64,000 nt of DNA, taken from IMG/VR virus record IMGVR_UViG_2858656345_000001, one strand, 5' to 3'. The notes beneath the pieces are model-generated. The model had not been told where the DNA came from. It was given only the letters and a program-made list of their open reading frames with translations, and searched no databases. This DNA is from an uncultured virus (IMG/VR IMGVR_UViG_2858656345_000001) (taxonomy: Duplodnaviria; Heunggongvirae; Uroviricota; Caudoviricetes). This document shows positions 21,681-32,238 of the stretch, piece by piece; position 1 is the first letter of the stretch; each line of letters starts with the position of its first letter. A program made the translations under genes and the position numbers.

Positions 21681-24621
21681 ACCCCCAGCTGTTGTCGTAT
21701 TGCGAGGCAAACAACCAACCTGCGCCGAGCACGGTCGATCCTTGCGCAGGTACCATGTTCGCATATCCGACATTTACAAGCGTGGATACCAGCCCACCGC
21801 GCAACTCCTGTAGTGCGCCGTGTGCGAATATATAGTGGCTTAATTGATCGTTGGCATTTGCGACAAGTACAGACTTACCTTGGTCTCCTACAAGGTTGTA
21901 GTTGTGCCTTTGTCTCGCGTTGATTACGATGAGATCAACAGCAAAACCTGCGGCATCCCCCATTGCCCCATAGAGCGGTATATCATAGTAAACGACGCCA
22001 CCGCCTGATGTAGCTTGATTGAATGTAACCGGAATACGCCCGTTGTTTGCTCCGAGTCCATTTACATAATAGTATCCGCTTGATCCGTTTACCACGAGTG
22101 TGTTTAGAGACCGTGCACCAAAGTTGCCACGGCACCAAATGCTCGAAGCGTAGAGCCTATACCCACGCCCAAGTGTGTAGTCGTAGCCTTGCGAAAACAG
22201 GTCGCCGGAAAACCACATCTTGCCATCCGAGCCGAACTGAATAGAGCCTACTTCTTGAGAATTTTCGTTCACACAGATAAGCCGCTTGAAGCTTCCTGTT
22301 ATGCCCGTTACCATACCGCTGAACGTTGATTCCCCTGATATTTTTATCCTTTGTGCAATCGCCGTTCCGTCTTGCTGTACCCGAAACGGGGCGAGGTGCT
22401 TGTTCTGCTTCGTAGCTCCTGCGTAGAACCGAATTGATGACAGAGATATACCGTCGCCGCAAATACCGGCGTTTATGCCAAGTGAATTCCCAACGCCGAT
22501 GTCTCCGGAAACAAGTCCGTCCTTGAAATTTATCCGCCCCGCAATCTCAGCGTCGTCGAGGTCGAAATACGTAGACTTGTCGCCGCTCTGTATGCGCCCG
22601 GTCGTAATGAACCGCCCATTTATCATCGAGAATCCGTACATAAGCGCGATGGAGCGCACTCGGAGCTCCGGATCCACAGAGTTAAGGACGCCCACCCAGA
22701 AATGGTAATAATTCGGATCTTGGTCTGCCTTTATAGTTTCTGTGCTAAACAAAAACACGCCGCTATTGCCTCGTCTAAGACACTTAGCGTATATATAATA
22801 TGCCTGTTTGTCATCGTTCATCGTTTGGGTCGTATTCGACATTTTCCATGTCCTAATGACCTCTTCTATAGCATAATGAACAAGAGACCCGCCGATTATC
22901 CTCACAGCGTTCTTGTTGCCGTTGAAGTTCGCCTCAAATGTTGTGCCGCTTAGGATAAATTGCATAGACTTCGCTCCAACGGATAGAGCCAGAGTGTCGA
23001 CCGAGTTGGGCTTTATCTTATCTGTGTAATAGTCTCCGTCAGGGTCAAATACCATGCCCATTATTTCACGAGAAGACCGCCAATTCGATTTCGCCTTTGC
23101 CGGATCGCTAAGGCCATTCATCGTTATCGCGTTATTTACAGACGAGAGTTCGGAAACCATAGACGACAATATACTCGTCTCAACAGTGTCGGATATAGTG
23201 AGCGTGTAATCGTACACATCAAGCAGATTCCTGTCTACTGCCTGTATTCTAACCGACTTGTCTACGCCGATGCCGGCATCAATAATATGCAATGAGTCTC
23301 CGGGAGAGAAAACATTTGCAGAAGCATCAGTGCCGAATAACTTTTCGAGGTAAGACTTCGACACACTCAACCCGTACTTTATTTTCGGTTGGCTGTTTTC
23401 GTTGTAGTGTTTTTCCGCCTCCTCTTTCAGCTTCTCCTCCGCCTCCTGCTGGTATCTACCGGGCAGGGTTACATCGAGGATCTTGTACTCATCACCGACG
23501 TCGAACTGAAATGCTACTGCATTATCGGACGGGAACTTATGCCCGCTCTCGTCTTGAAATTGCTTCAGTGTAAAAGTACGACTCGGATGGTCGTACTCAT
23601 GCACATCAAACTCATAGCCGGCAAGGTTTCCGGTATTGAAGTGAATTTTTGCACTCACGCCTGCAATCAGATACTTTGTCTCTCCATCCGGTTCTTTTTC
23701 GTTGAGATCGAACATAGAGGCATCCGAGAACTTCAATACTTCACCAACAAACGTTCCGGTTATCCGTCCATTGAATGTCGGCTTGATATCCTCGAATATC
23801 TTACACGCCTCGTGGATGCCGTATTTTCTCACGGCTTCTATTTTCTCGATGAATGATTGCGCCTTGCTCTTGCCTGGGAGACACAGCCTATGTGCACGGT
23901 ACTTGTGTGTTATATTATCAGTCGAGCCGTACGCCTTTAGGCGCGTAATGATGTTACTGCTGTCCACGTTCTGCCTGTCCAGGGCGTACAAGCCATTTCC
24001 CTTGCCGAATGAGAACTCGATGGGCAAGGTAGCGCCAACCTTTTCGTGAAAATTGATCACATATACGCCTGACACCTGCACGATCTCCATCTCCACCTCG
24101 AACTCCTTACAGAGATTCTGTAGCACAGCCAAGCAGTTGTCGCCCTCGCTGAACGAGAGCGTTTTATCAGACACTGTCCCGGGACAGCTCCCAAGCCTCC
24201 ACCGGTTTGGATACACGCGGTTGGCGTTTGATACAAGTACTGTTGCAAATCTTCTCAGATCTCCTGTTAAGGCATCGCCTTGTACGTCTTGTAGTACATT
24301 GCTCGTCGTCTCTATCGTCAGGTCGTAGAATACCCTTAAAAGGTCGTACTGAACGCCCTCAAACGCTAGGTCATATGTGTACTTATACACCCCAGTCTTT
24401 CTCACGCGTGGCAGCCTGTTGAGCCGGTAATCGCGTGCAAAAGCGCGAATGGTATCCCCGATGCGGTAATCCTGCGGATACGGGCTTTCGATCGTTATAT
24501 TGACAACGTCCTCCGAGAGGAGCGACCAATTTTGGCGTGCGCTCGTTATCGTTGTCGCGTCTTTTTTTACAGCAAGAGGGTACTCGCTCCCGTCTCGCCT
24601 CGTTACTATAATCTGTCCCAT
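21679..24621 (-). CDS. Phage tail protein (baseplate hub/tail spike-like)
   Basis: 980 aa, ITRLKAYGSTDN motif, position after distal tail gene. Confidence 0.75.
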   Translation of the reverse strand: MGQIIVTRRDGSEYPLAVKKDATTITSARQNWSLLSEDVVNITIESPYPQDYRIGDTIRAFARDYRLNRLPRVRKTGVYKYTYDLAFEGVQYDLLRVFYDLTIETTSNVLQDVQGDALTGDLRRFATVLVSNANRVYPNRWRLGSCPGTVSDKTLSFSEGDNCLAVLQNLCKEFEVEMEIVQVSGVYVINFHEKVGATLPIEFSFGKGNGLYALDRQNVDSSNIITRLKAYGSTDNITHKYRAHRLCLPGKSKAQSFIEKIEAVRKYGIHEACKIFEDIKPTFNGRITGTFVGEVLKFSDASMFDLNEKEPDGETKYLIAGVSAKIHFNTGNLAGYEFDVHEYDHPSRTFTLKQFQDESGHKFPSDNAVAFQFDVGDEYKILDVTLPGRYQQEAEEKLKEEAEKHYNENSQPKIKYGLSVSKSYLEKLFGTDASANVFSPGDSLHIIDAGIGVDKSVRIQAVDRNLLDVYDYTLTISDTVETSILSSMVSELSSVNNAITMNGLSDPAKAKSNWRSSREIMGMVFDPDGDYYTDKIKPNSVDTLALSVGAKSMQFILSGTTFEANFNGNKNAVRIIGGSLVHYAIEEVIRTWKMSNTTQTMNDDKQAYYIYAKCLRRGNSGVFLFSTETIKADQDPNYYHFWVGVLNSVDPELRVRSIALMYGFSMINGRFITTGRIQSGDKSTYFDLDDAEIAGRINFKDGLVSGDIGVGNSLGINAGICGDGISLSSIRFYAGATKQNKHLAPFRVQQDGTAIAQRIKISGESTFSGMVTGITGSFKRLICVNENSQEVGSIQFGSDGKMWFSGDLFSQGYDYTLGRGYRLYASSIWCRGNFGARSLNTLVVNGSSGYYYVNGLGANNGRIPVTFNQATSGGGVVYYDIPLYGAMGDAAGFAVDLIVINARQRHNYNLVGDQGKSVLVANANDQLSHYIFAHGALQELRGGLVSTLVNVGYANMVPAQGSTVLGAGWLFASQYDNSWG

Positions 24622-25838
24622 ACGACTATTGCGTTTGTTTCAAATTTTTTTATTTCTTCGATACAGCCCGTTATGACTATATAGTACTCGCCTTTCTTCG
24701 CATATCCGTGAGAAACCCCCATCTGCCCTGAGACATCCTCTGAAATTACGCCATCTCCCCAGTCGATATTGATCAGCTTATCAGTACTGAAAAGGATTCG
24801 GCAATCCTGCGTGTCACTCGAAGAGTATATGTGCTTCAATATTTTCTTCACCGGCTGCGGCTCTATCAGTTTAAGCTTGAACGTGCCTACCATCTGCCGG
24901 TCGCTCCACTCTTTCGCGACGACTATCTCATCTCGACAGTAGACGTTGTATATAAGCGGCTTTGTCGGATGCACGTCTATCGTAAGACGGCGGAGTCCCT
25001 TTTTGTCGAACAGCTGCTCGAACCGAGAGACTTTCGTCGCGAAGTCTACCTTACTGCTCGCCGTGATAAAGCAGTGCAGGGTTATCTCCCGAGGTTCATA
25101 GTAGATATGTTTCAGGTCTACGTCCTCCCCGTGGTAATCGTCCCACGAGGCCGACTGGGTGCGCTTGATCTTTGGCCTGTTCATTACACCCTCCGAATCG
25201 GATACAAACACGCCGTATTCTTTTAGGTCTACGCCGTCGATTGAGTACGTAGGCGACTTCTCCCCGTGTGCTTCACTCATAATCTCCTCTTGTGTTAAGG
25301 CTCTGTTGAAAATCTTGACGTTGTCAAGAAGACCGAAGCCGTATTTTCCTCCGTAATAGTCCTGATTCAGCGACAGCCCTGCGAGCGTGTCCGACCCTGA
25401 ATGCTCTTTGATTTTCACCCCGTTCTCATAAAAGGCGTACAGCCTACCTGACTTGACGAGAGCAAGGTGTTTGAAAGAACTTGCCGATGATTCGACCTCG
25501 ACCTCTACATACTTGTTTACACCGCCGAAGTTCAGTAGCCAGATGAATTTTTTTGGCGCTCCTGTTTCTACTGACAGGGCCTTTGCGAAAAACGACAGCG
25601 TGAAGTTGCCGGAGAGGTTGATTGGTACCTGCTTTGTTGTTGCGATCTTGTCATTGCCTGCGAACCTTACCGCATTACCCATCCTCCCTGTAACCAGCGA
25701 GGCCGTGCCGACTTGCACGTCCGATCGCGTTGCGCTATAGTCGTATGCAACCTTAGAGCCGGCAGGCTCGTCGAATGGGAAGTACAGGATGACGCTCTCG
25801 TCAATCTCCTGCTGTCGTGCTCTGTCTCTCTCCTCCAT
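24606..25838 (-). CDS. LamG-like domain + distal tail protein
   Basis: LYFPFDE..G..AYD, FTLSF, YENG, LDNVKIFNRALTQEEI; YSIDGVDLKEYG...YEPREITL. Confidence 0.75.
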   Translation of the reverse strand: MEERDRARQQEIDESVILYFPFDEPAGSKVAYDYSATRSDVQVGTASLVTGRMGNAVRFAGNDKIATTKQVPINLSGNFTLSFFAKALSVETGAPKKFIWLLNFGGVNKYVEVEVESSASSFKHLALVKSGRLYAFYENGVKIKEHSGSDTLAGLSLNQDYYGGKYGFGLLDNVKIFNRALTQEEIMSEAHGEKSPTYSIDGVDLKEYGVFVSDSEGVMNRPKIKRTQSASWDDYHGEDVDLKHIYYEPREITLHCFITASSKVDFATKVSRFEQLFDKKGLRRLTIDVHPTKPLIYNVYCRDEIVVAKEWSDRQMVGTFKLKLIEPQPVKKILKHIYSSSDTQDCRILFSTDKLINIDWGDGVISEDVSGQMGVSHGYAKKGEYYIVITGCIEEIKKFETNAIVVWDRL

Positions 25839-25847
25839 GCTGTGCTG

Positions 25848-26366
25848 TTAATAAGTTTTGCGTCCTTTCTCCTCGATCTTTATTGCGCTATCGTCTTGCT
25901 GCTCTGTAGAAAGCGTTCCGCCATATCGGTTGATGTGCACTTTTGCCTTGCCGGAGCTTGTGACCGAAACCACCGAATCATCGAACATATCTATCTCGAC
26001 AAAAGCATTATCCTCGACTGTGATGTCGAGTGTGGATTGGTGCTTCGCGAACACCTCGCAAACACCGTATGACGTTACTAAGATCTTGCCCTTCGTACTG
26101 CCGAGCGCAACGCACCGGCGGAAGTTCGTCAGGTCGATACGGTCATCGAGGAATACGCCCTGATCCTCCATGTGCCCTTTGAAATTCTCACGTATATAGT
26201 CATTGTTCGGAAACTCGTTCGACAGGCAGAAGTCTATTCCACGTATATACATGTCGATCATCTGACGCTTGCTATCTAAGCGTTTCAGGTCATCGTGCCA
26301 CTCCTTGCAGATGCCTTTCGCCTTAGCGTCTTTCGCGAGCTGTTTTGCTATCTTTTTTGTGTCCAT
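25848..26366 (-). CDS. Hypothetical phage protein
   Basis: ORF between tape measure and distal tail genes. Confidence 0.7.
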   Translation of the reverse strand: MDTKKIAKQLAKDAKAKGICKEWHDDLKRLDSKRQMIDMYIRGIDFCLSNEFPNNDYIRENFKGHMEDQGVFLDDRIDLTNFRRCVALGSTKGKILVTSYGVCEVFAKHQSTLDITVEDNAFVEIDMFDDSVVSVTSSGKAKVHINRYGGTLSTEQQDDSAIKIEEKGRKTY

Positions 26367-29300
26367 TAAAGCAGTCCTTTTGCCCTCAACGGGCTTGTTG
26401 ATGATGATATATTAATGCCCTTAAGCTCCCTGTAGATGTTTACGAGAAGCTTGTTGTAAGCCGTATTCTGTGCGATAGTAGACAGCACGGCAAGCTGCTG
26501 CCGGAGAATCTCGGAAGCCTCTGCTTGGTTGATACGCATAGCGTTCAACTGTCCGGCCACGATACCGGCCGTTTCTTCCGTTACGCCTTTCACCGCACCG
26601 CTGAGAGAGTCCGGCGACAGTGATAAGTTTAGCTTGTCCTTGAGGGCGTTTAGCGCGCCCTCAAGCTGCGGATACAGCCCTGTCAGTTCGTCATTGAGAT
26701 TGTCTATATCGCCTATAACAGCATCAAGTCCAGCAAAATTCCCATCTTTATCGACCCACTTAGAAGTGTATTTGTCGATTATGTTTTTGATAGGATCATA
26801 AAGTACTTTCTGAATGATCATGTTCTTGACAAGGTTGTTGATAATGTTCTTAACCGTGTCACCCCAAGCGTGTGCAGCGTTCTTGCCATTCTCAAAAGCA
26901 TCCGTTAGCGCATCTCCGAGTTCGGATGCAATACTCTTCGCGTCAGAACCGAGGAGGTCATTCTTCATCTCCTCGATCATGTCCGCAATTGCTCTGTTTA
27001 TATCCTTGATTCGTTCCTCCCATTCCTTGATCTTGTCCGAATCGGTTTTTTTCTTCGACTTCTCGGCCTGAATCATAGCAGCAAGCTCCTTTTGCTGTTG
27101 CTTCATGTTTTTTATTGCGTCGTGCTGATGCTTGTATTTCTCAGTCGAAAAGGCTTTCGATATTTGCCACTCCAGCTGCTTGTAGAGAGAGGTCAGTTTT
27201 TCGACGTTCTCCTGATGCATCCTGATCGCTTTCTCGGCTCTCCGGTCGTTGGCTCCTGCAAAATAGCTCACCACCGAACCGATTGCCTTTACAGCACCGG
27301 CAACGGCTTGCACGGGGTTGCCGCTTGCAATTCCCATGATGGCGTCCTGCGCTCCGCTGGCGAACCCCTCGACAGCTTGCAGGGCGAATCCCACCTCGTC
27401 AAGCCCCTCGACACCTAAGGAGTCAAGCGTGCCCATGATGTCTGTCAGGATGCCTTTCACCTGTGAGCCGGCCTTTGTCGCACTATCCATCATGCCTGCA
27501 AGGGCGGCCATCTTGTCGCCCTCGGTCGCGGCTTTCCTGAAGTCCTCAAAGCCCTGTTTAAGGGCACCGAACGGGTTGCGCTCTCGGATTTCGTTCTTTA
27601 GCTCCTTGATCTTGCCCTTGATAACGTCGAGGTCTTTCGGGTCAAACTCGACGCCGAGAAAGGCTGTCTTACCCTCGATAAGTGCGAGGAGTTTTTCTAA
27701 CTCTTTTGTTCCGACCTCGTCGAGGTTCCCGAACAGCTTTTCCCAGTCGGGGCTTTCTTGTAGTTCTTTAAGTACGAGTTTCGATTTCAACTGCTGTTCC
27801 GCCTTATCGAGCTGTTCGATCATCTCGGTATTTCCGTGCTCCTTTGCTCTCTTGCGCTTTTCGGCGAACTCCTCGGTGATAGCTGTCATCTTCTGCTCGA
27901 ACGACTTGTATGTCTGTAGCATCTGATCATACTCCGGATCGCCTGACAGCTTGCCGTCCTTTTTGTGCTTCTCTTTTCGATTAGCGATTGCTGCGTCTAT
28001 CTTCTTACGTTCCTCGTCCGTTGTTGCCTTAGCCCTTGCCTTTTCGAGTAATGCTAAGTCGTTGCTATACCGCAAGTCGAGGGCAATCTTTCTGTCAAGA
28101 TAGGACGCGTAATCTTCGAGCAGCTTCTGTGTCTCCTCTCTCTGCCTCTGTAGCGCGCCCTTCTCTACGTCGGCTAAGGCCTGCTTCTTCTCGTTGTCAA
28201 GCTCCGTCCCATCGTTCGCGAGACCCTCCCGTTTCTTTTCTATAATGTTTAAGATTTCAAGCGTTGTCCTTGTGTTATTCAACTGATCCGACAGCTCGGT
28301 GTTGAACCTCTCAAGGACTGTCTTCTTTGTCTCCTCAGCTATCTGATCGTTAAGCGTCCGCAACTGCTTGTTCTGCTCCTTAGTGCGCTTCTCGGCGTCT
28401 ACAGATTGGATTATATCGCGCTGCTTCTTCAAGTAGTCGATATAAGTAGCCCCCTGTGCAAGCAATCCTTTGAACTCCGTCTCGGAAGACTTGGCCAGTA
28501 CCTTGTCCCCGGAATTGACCCAAGACAGGAATCTCTGGTATTCCGCCTTTCGCTTATCCAGCATTTCGACGAACGGGTCTTTTTTGCTCGATGATTCCGA
28601 CTTGCCCGGCTGTGCCAACTTCTTTTGCAGCTCCTCGATCTCCTTATGTGTCGCCTTCCATTCAGCGGAATTGGGGACTAAGTCTTTCAAAGCTTCTCGC
28701 TTCTCTGAAATAGCCTGTTCGATGGCTCCGACTGTTCCTTTTGCGTATTCCTTGGTGGCGTTTACTCCTGACTTTTTCATCTTTTCGATGACAGCGGCTT
28801 CCTCCTTTGCGGCGTTTTCGTAGCCTTTCCTTATCTCTTTGTCAAGGGCTTCTATCTCCTGTTTCTTTCTTTTCTTTTCTTCGTTTTCGACTGTTATACT
28901 TGTGTAGTTTCCACCATCGAGGAAGAAGCTCTTTCTCTTAGTGTCGGACATAGCTTCGTACTCGGCCTGAAGCTTCATTTTCTCTTTGATTTTCTCTGTC
29001 GCTTGCTGGCTATACACCAACGCCCTTGCCTTAGCCATCTGCGCCTCAATAAACGCCTCCTTGTTGTTGATCAGCAGGTTCTCTGCATCCCGGACGCTTG
29101 TAATAGACACGCCCAGTTCCTCAAAAGCTTTTTTATTGCCCTTGACGAACTGCTCCTTGTCCTTGATGTTGTTGCCGAGGGCGGTGTATTTCGCTGAAAG
29201 TTCCTCGATCTTTCCGATCGGCTTGTATGCTCCATCTATCATCGCATTCGAGAACTCCTCCTGTGCTTTCTTCGCCTCTCGCGCCTTACTTGAGAAGTGC

Positions 29301-30439
29301 ACCACAAGGCCTATCAGCGCGGATATACCGGCGAGCACCCAACCGAACACCGGGATGGATTTGAGCGCAACCCCAACGAGACGAAGAGAACCGGCGAAGC
29401 CCAAGTTTGCCGTAGTGCCTGCTGTCGTGGCAACCGTTTGCGCTGTCGTGGCTGCAGTGTTAGTCCCTTGCACAACAGCATTCTGCGCCGTGGCTACTGC
29501 CTGCGCCTCCTTAGCAGCTGTATTGGCCGCCGTGGCCGCCGTGTTGGCTGTTTCTGCGACAGTTGCTTTTGCGACGACGCCTGCCCACCAGCTTTTCAGC
29601 CCGTTCAGCGTAACGAGCTGAAACGCACTGTCCTTGTTGAGCGTCTGCGCTACCTGTTGCATACCGATAGCGATTGCCATCACGCTCTGCACCTTGGTCA
29701 TGACCTTTTGCAAGTTCTCGTTCTCGCCTGCAAACAGCGACACGGCTCCGGTTGCAGCCGAAATCCCTCCGGCTAATCCCGAAATGCCCTGAATAACCCC
29801 CTGGAACTTAGCCTCGTCGTTTGCGAGGATCTTACCTTGCGTTGCGATGTCTCCTTGAATATCTTGCAAGCGTCCCAGCTCATTTACAAGGGCTTTGTAT
29901 GATGCACTCTGCTGGTCTATACCCTGCTCGATGAGTAGAGCCATCTCCTCTTTTAGCTCCTTGATTCGTCCACGCAACGACTGTTGCGCGGTTTCGTTCC
30001 TCTTGATCCCGGTTGTCAGCCTCTCACGTTTCTGCGCCTCCTCCTCTAAGGCATCGGACAGCTCCCTCGCCTCAGCGAGGGCTTGCTTTCTTACTACCAT
30101 TTCACCGGCGATAGCTGCCTGCATCTCCTTCGCCCTGCGCGCCTCGTCCATTCGTCCTGCACCGAGGGCAGCCTGTGCCTCTTTGCCAAGCTGGTTGTAC
30201 TTAGCCTCCAGCTCCGACAAAGCCCTCTCATGCATTTCGCACGCCTGCCCGATCTGTCCTATCGCCTGCCTGATTCCGTCCGCCGTTTGCAGGAAAGCCT
30301 TGTCCATCTTCTTACCGCCTGATACGGTTGCATCTGAAAGCCCCTGCACGCGCTTCAATGATTCCTGTATCGCCTCGTCGAACTGCCCGTTGTCGAGCAA
30401 CGACCGAAACGATAGTGATCCGCCGTCTATATTTGCCAT
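26366..30439 (-). CDS. Tail tape measure protein
   Basis: 1357 aa, Ala/Lys/Glu-rich helical protein with hydrophobic segments, canonical position. Confidence 0.88.
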   Translation of the reverse strand: MANIDGGSLSFRSLLDNGQFDEAIQESLKRVQGLSDATVSGGKKMDKAFLQTADGIRQAIGQIGQACEMHERALSELEAKYNQLGKEAQAALGAGRMDEARRAKEMQAAIAGEMVVRKQALAEARELSDALEEEAQKRERLTTGIKRNETAQQSLRGRIKELKEEMALLIEQGIDQQSASYKALVNELGRLQDIQGDIATQGKILANDEAKFQGVIQGISGLAGGISAATGAVSLFAGENENLQKVMTKVQSVMAIAIGMQQVAQTLNKDSAFQLVTLNGLKSWWAGVVAKATVAETANTAATAANTAAKEAQAVATAQNAVVQGTNTAATTAQTVATTAGTTANLGFAGSLRLVGVALKSIPVFGWVLAGISALIGLVVHFSSKAREAKKAQEEFSNAMIDGAYKPIGKIEELSAKYTALGNNIKDKEQFVKGNKKAFEELGVSITSVRDAENLLINNKEAFIEAQMAKARALVYSQQATEKIKEKMKLQAEYEAMSDTKRKSFFLDGGNYTSITVENEEKKRKKQEIEALDKEIRKGYENAAKEEAAVIEKMKKSGVNATKEYAKGTVGAIEQAISEKREALKDLVPNSAEWKATHKEIEELQKKLAQPGKSESSSKKDPFVEMLDKRKAEYQRFLSWVNSGDKVLAKSSETEFKGLLAQGATYIDYLKKQRDIIQSVDAEKRTKEQNKQLRTLNDQIAEETKKTVLERFNTELSDQLNNTRTTLEILNIIEKKREGLANDGTELDNEKKQALADVEKGALQRQREETQKLLEDYASYLDRKIALDLRYSNDLALLEKARAKATTDEERKKIDAAIANRKEKHKKDGKLSGDPEYDQMLQTYKSFEQKMTAITEEFAEKRKRAKEHGNTEMIEQLDKAEQQLKSKLVLKELQESPDWEKLFGNLDEVGTKELEKLLALIEGKTAFLGVEFDPKDLDVIKGKIKELKNEIRERNPFGALKQGFEDFRKAATEGDKMAALAGMMDSATKAGSQVKGILTDIMGTLDSLGVEGLDEVGFALQAVEGFASGAQDAIMGIASGNPVQAVAGAVKAIGSVVSYFAGANDRRAEKAIRMHQENVEKLTSLYKQLEWQISKAFSTEKYKHQHDAIKNMKQQQKELAAMIQAEKSKKKTDSDKIKEWEERIKDINRAIADMIEEMKNDLLGSDAKSIASELGDALTDAFENGKNAAHAWGDTVKNIINNLVKNMIIQKVLYDPIKNIIDKYTSKWVDKDGNFAGLDAVIGDIDNLNDELTGLYPQLEGALNALKDKLNLSLSPDSLSGAVKGVTEETAGIVAGQLNAMRINQAEASEILRQQLAVLSTIAQNTAYNKLLVNIYRELKGINISSSTSPLRAKGLL

Positions 30440-30440
30440 C

Positions 30441-30712
30441 CTACATCAAGCTGTTTACGTAGTCTATAATATCGCTGCTGTTTTGCTCAGTCAGGACTAT
30501 CTCATCCTCGTCTTCAACGTCATAATTCGGAGCGTCTATCATCATCCTCTGCACCACAGACCAAGCAATGCCGTTCACGAGATAGTCGTAAGTCCAACCG
30601 AAGTGCGCGCATATCGCGCCACGCCGCCCGTACGGACTCTTTAGTCCCCTTCCTCTATCCGATCCGGCGCGCTTGTCCTGTCGGCGGACATCAATCGAAT
30701 AGAGTTCAAAAA
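30441..30712 (-). CDS. -1 frame extension of tail assembly chaperone (gpT-like)
   Basis: Frame open from GGGGATTTTTTG to TAG at 30441; SPYGRRGAICAHFGWTYDYLVNGIAWSVVQRMMIDAP. Confidence 0.65.
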
Positions 30713-31213
30713 ATCCCCAAAATTACACATCGCTGTAATGAGCACGTATATCTGATACAGCTCCGACGGCTTGATTTGACGGGCAAACAGCCCGGTAAGC
30801 TCTTCAAGTCGAGCCGTGTTGTACTCATATAGTATTACTCCACGAACGCCCAATTTCGGAACCAAATAATCGGAGCCGAGTACGGCAAGGGCTATGACCT
30901 TGGCGCAACGCTGTGCATGCTTTTTGGTCATTATCCGCGCTTGGAGCATTCCATTCTCGCCCCTTAGAGCCTCCTCGTCGATAGCCATTTCGACCCATTC
31001 GGCGGAAAGTCTGTCGAGCGTCCCAAGCGTCGGCTCTTCGATTGTAAACTTGCGCGTGACCGGGGTGAGCGTTTTCTTTTTTAGGAGTCCGAAGAAGTAC
31101 CGCTTGCGCTGTACCTCCACGTCTTGCACCTCAAAGGATACGCCGCGGTTGATCATCGTGTTGAGTTCTGCGCGCTCCTGCTCTAATGCGCGCTTGTTAT
31201 CCTTTACTCGCAT
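30641..31213 (-). CDS. Tail assembly chaperone (gpG-like)
   Basis: Between major tail and tape measure genes; slippery site near the 3' end. Confidence 0.75.
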   Translation of the reverse strand: MRVKDNKRALEQERAELNTMINRGVSFEVQDVEVQRKRYFFGLLKKKTLTPVTRKFTIEEPTLGTLDRLSAEWVEMAIDEEALRGENGMLQARIMTKKHAQRCAKVIALAVLGSDYLVPKLGVRGVILYEYNTARLEELTGLFARQIKPSELYQIYVLITAMCNFGDFLNSIRLMSADRTSAPDRIEEGD

Positions 31214-31227
31214 AGATTTCTAAGAAA

Positions 31228-31264
31228 GAAGCCCCGAACACATGCACGCACGGGTCGGGGCTTC
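31228..31264 (-). terminator. Hairpin/terminator after major tail gene
   Basis: GAAGCCCCGA...TCGGGGCTTC followed by TTTCTT on minus strand. Confidence 0.6.
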
Positions 31265-31301
31265 GACTAACAACTATGAAGAAACATTATGAAAAAGATA
31301 T

Positions 31302-31811
31302 TTACGTCTCCTTAGGGTCGTAGGCTCGTAAGGCCTTTCCAGACGCTACCGCGCAAGGTGTGACGGTGAAATTGACGAGGAAGATACCCTTTGCCGACAT
31401 GTCCGCGTCGATAACGGCTTCAATATCCGCATTAGGTATCTCAAAGTTAAGCCCTTGTTCGCTCTTCACAAGGATAGCCTTGTTTTCCACCGGCTCGTTA
31501 CCGTCAAACGCCCATTTGGTCTTTCCTCCGCTCCCTTTCGGAACCTTGGTACCACCGATATAGGCCACCAGCGCGTCGATGTCGGCATCCATGATTGAAA
31601 AGGTGAGCTTGGGAATCTTCTTGTTCTTCTTAAGCACCTCCGGGGCAGAACGACCCTCCTCGAAGTGCTCTGTCACCTCCGCCTGCTCCTGACTGATTTT
31701 GGCCGTGTCCTTGTAGGTCTTGCCAATCTTCGTCATAGCCGATTCCTGCGGCATCGTCCCATTGGGAGCTGCCGGAGCGACCTTGATTTCCGATAATCCG
31801 ATTGTGATCAT
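31302..31811 (-). CDS. Major tail (tube) protein
   Basis: Position, size and downstream terminator. Confidence 0.7.
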   Translation of the reverse strand: MITIGLSEIKVAPAAPNGTMPQESAMTKIGKTYKDTAKISQEQAEVTEHFEEGRSAPEVLKKNKKIPKLTFSIMDADIDALVAYIGGTKVPKGSGGKTKWAFDGNEPVENKAILVKSEQGLNFEIPNADIEAVIDADMSAKGIFLVNFTVTPCAVASGKALRAYDPKET

Positions 31812-31818
31812 ATTTCTG

Positions 31819-32235
31819 TTATTTTCCTGTTTGTATATTCCAGCTTATTCGTATGTTGCAAAAGTGCTGGCTCACGTTCGTCTCTGCCAGTACCGATTGA
31901 TTTTCCGGTATTAGCTTCATGCCCTCGATGTTTGCACTCCTCAACACTCCTAACACGAGCCTTGACAGCTCTGCCAAACGCTTATGGTTAGGCTTCTTTT
32001 GCTCTTTTCCATCGATCCTGACAGTCATATCCGGGACATAGACGTTTACATTGCTCGTCGCAATCTGCGGCAAGTAGTCTTGCGTCATCGCAATCGTGTT
32101 GATTGCTATATCCTCTTTGTCCGAGTTATCGGGGCGGTCATTTTGGTAGCAGATTCTGCCACTGATTTTCGTCTCGATTCCTGCTTGGACAAGCAGCTTT
32201 CTGACAATACTGTCGATGTCAAAAGAGGTATTCAT
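31819..32235 (-). CDS. Tail terminator/completion protein
   Basis: Synteny in head-tail connector module. Confidence 0.6.
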   Translation of the reverse strand: MNTSFDIDSIVRKLLVQAGIETKISGRICYQNDRPDNSDKEDIAINTIAMTQDYLPQIATSNVNVYVPDMTVRIDGKEQKKPNHKRLAELSRLVLGVLRSANIEGMKLIPENQSVLAETNVSQHFCNIRISWNIQTGK

Positions 32236-32238
32236 CTA

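Noticed and set aside
26529..30644. Several long plus-strand ORFs opposite the tape measure gene
   Set aside because: Ser/Ala-rich antisense shadows from codon bias; no motifs or promoters
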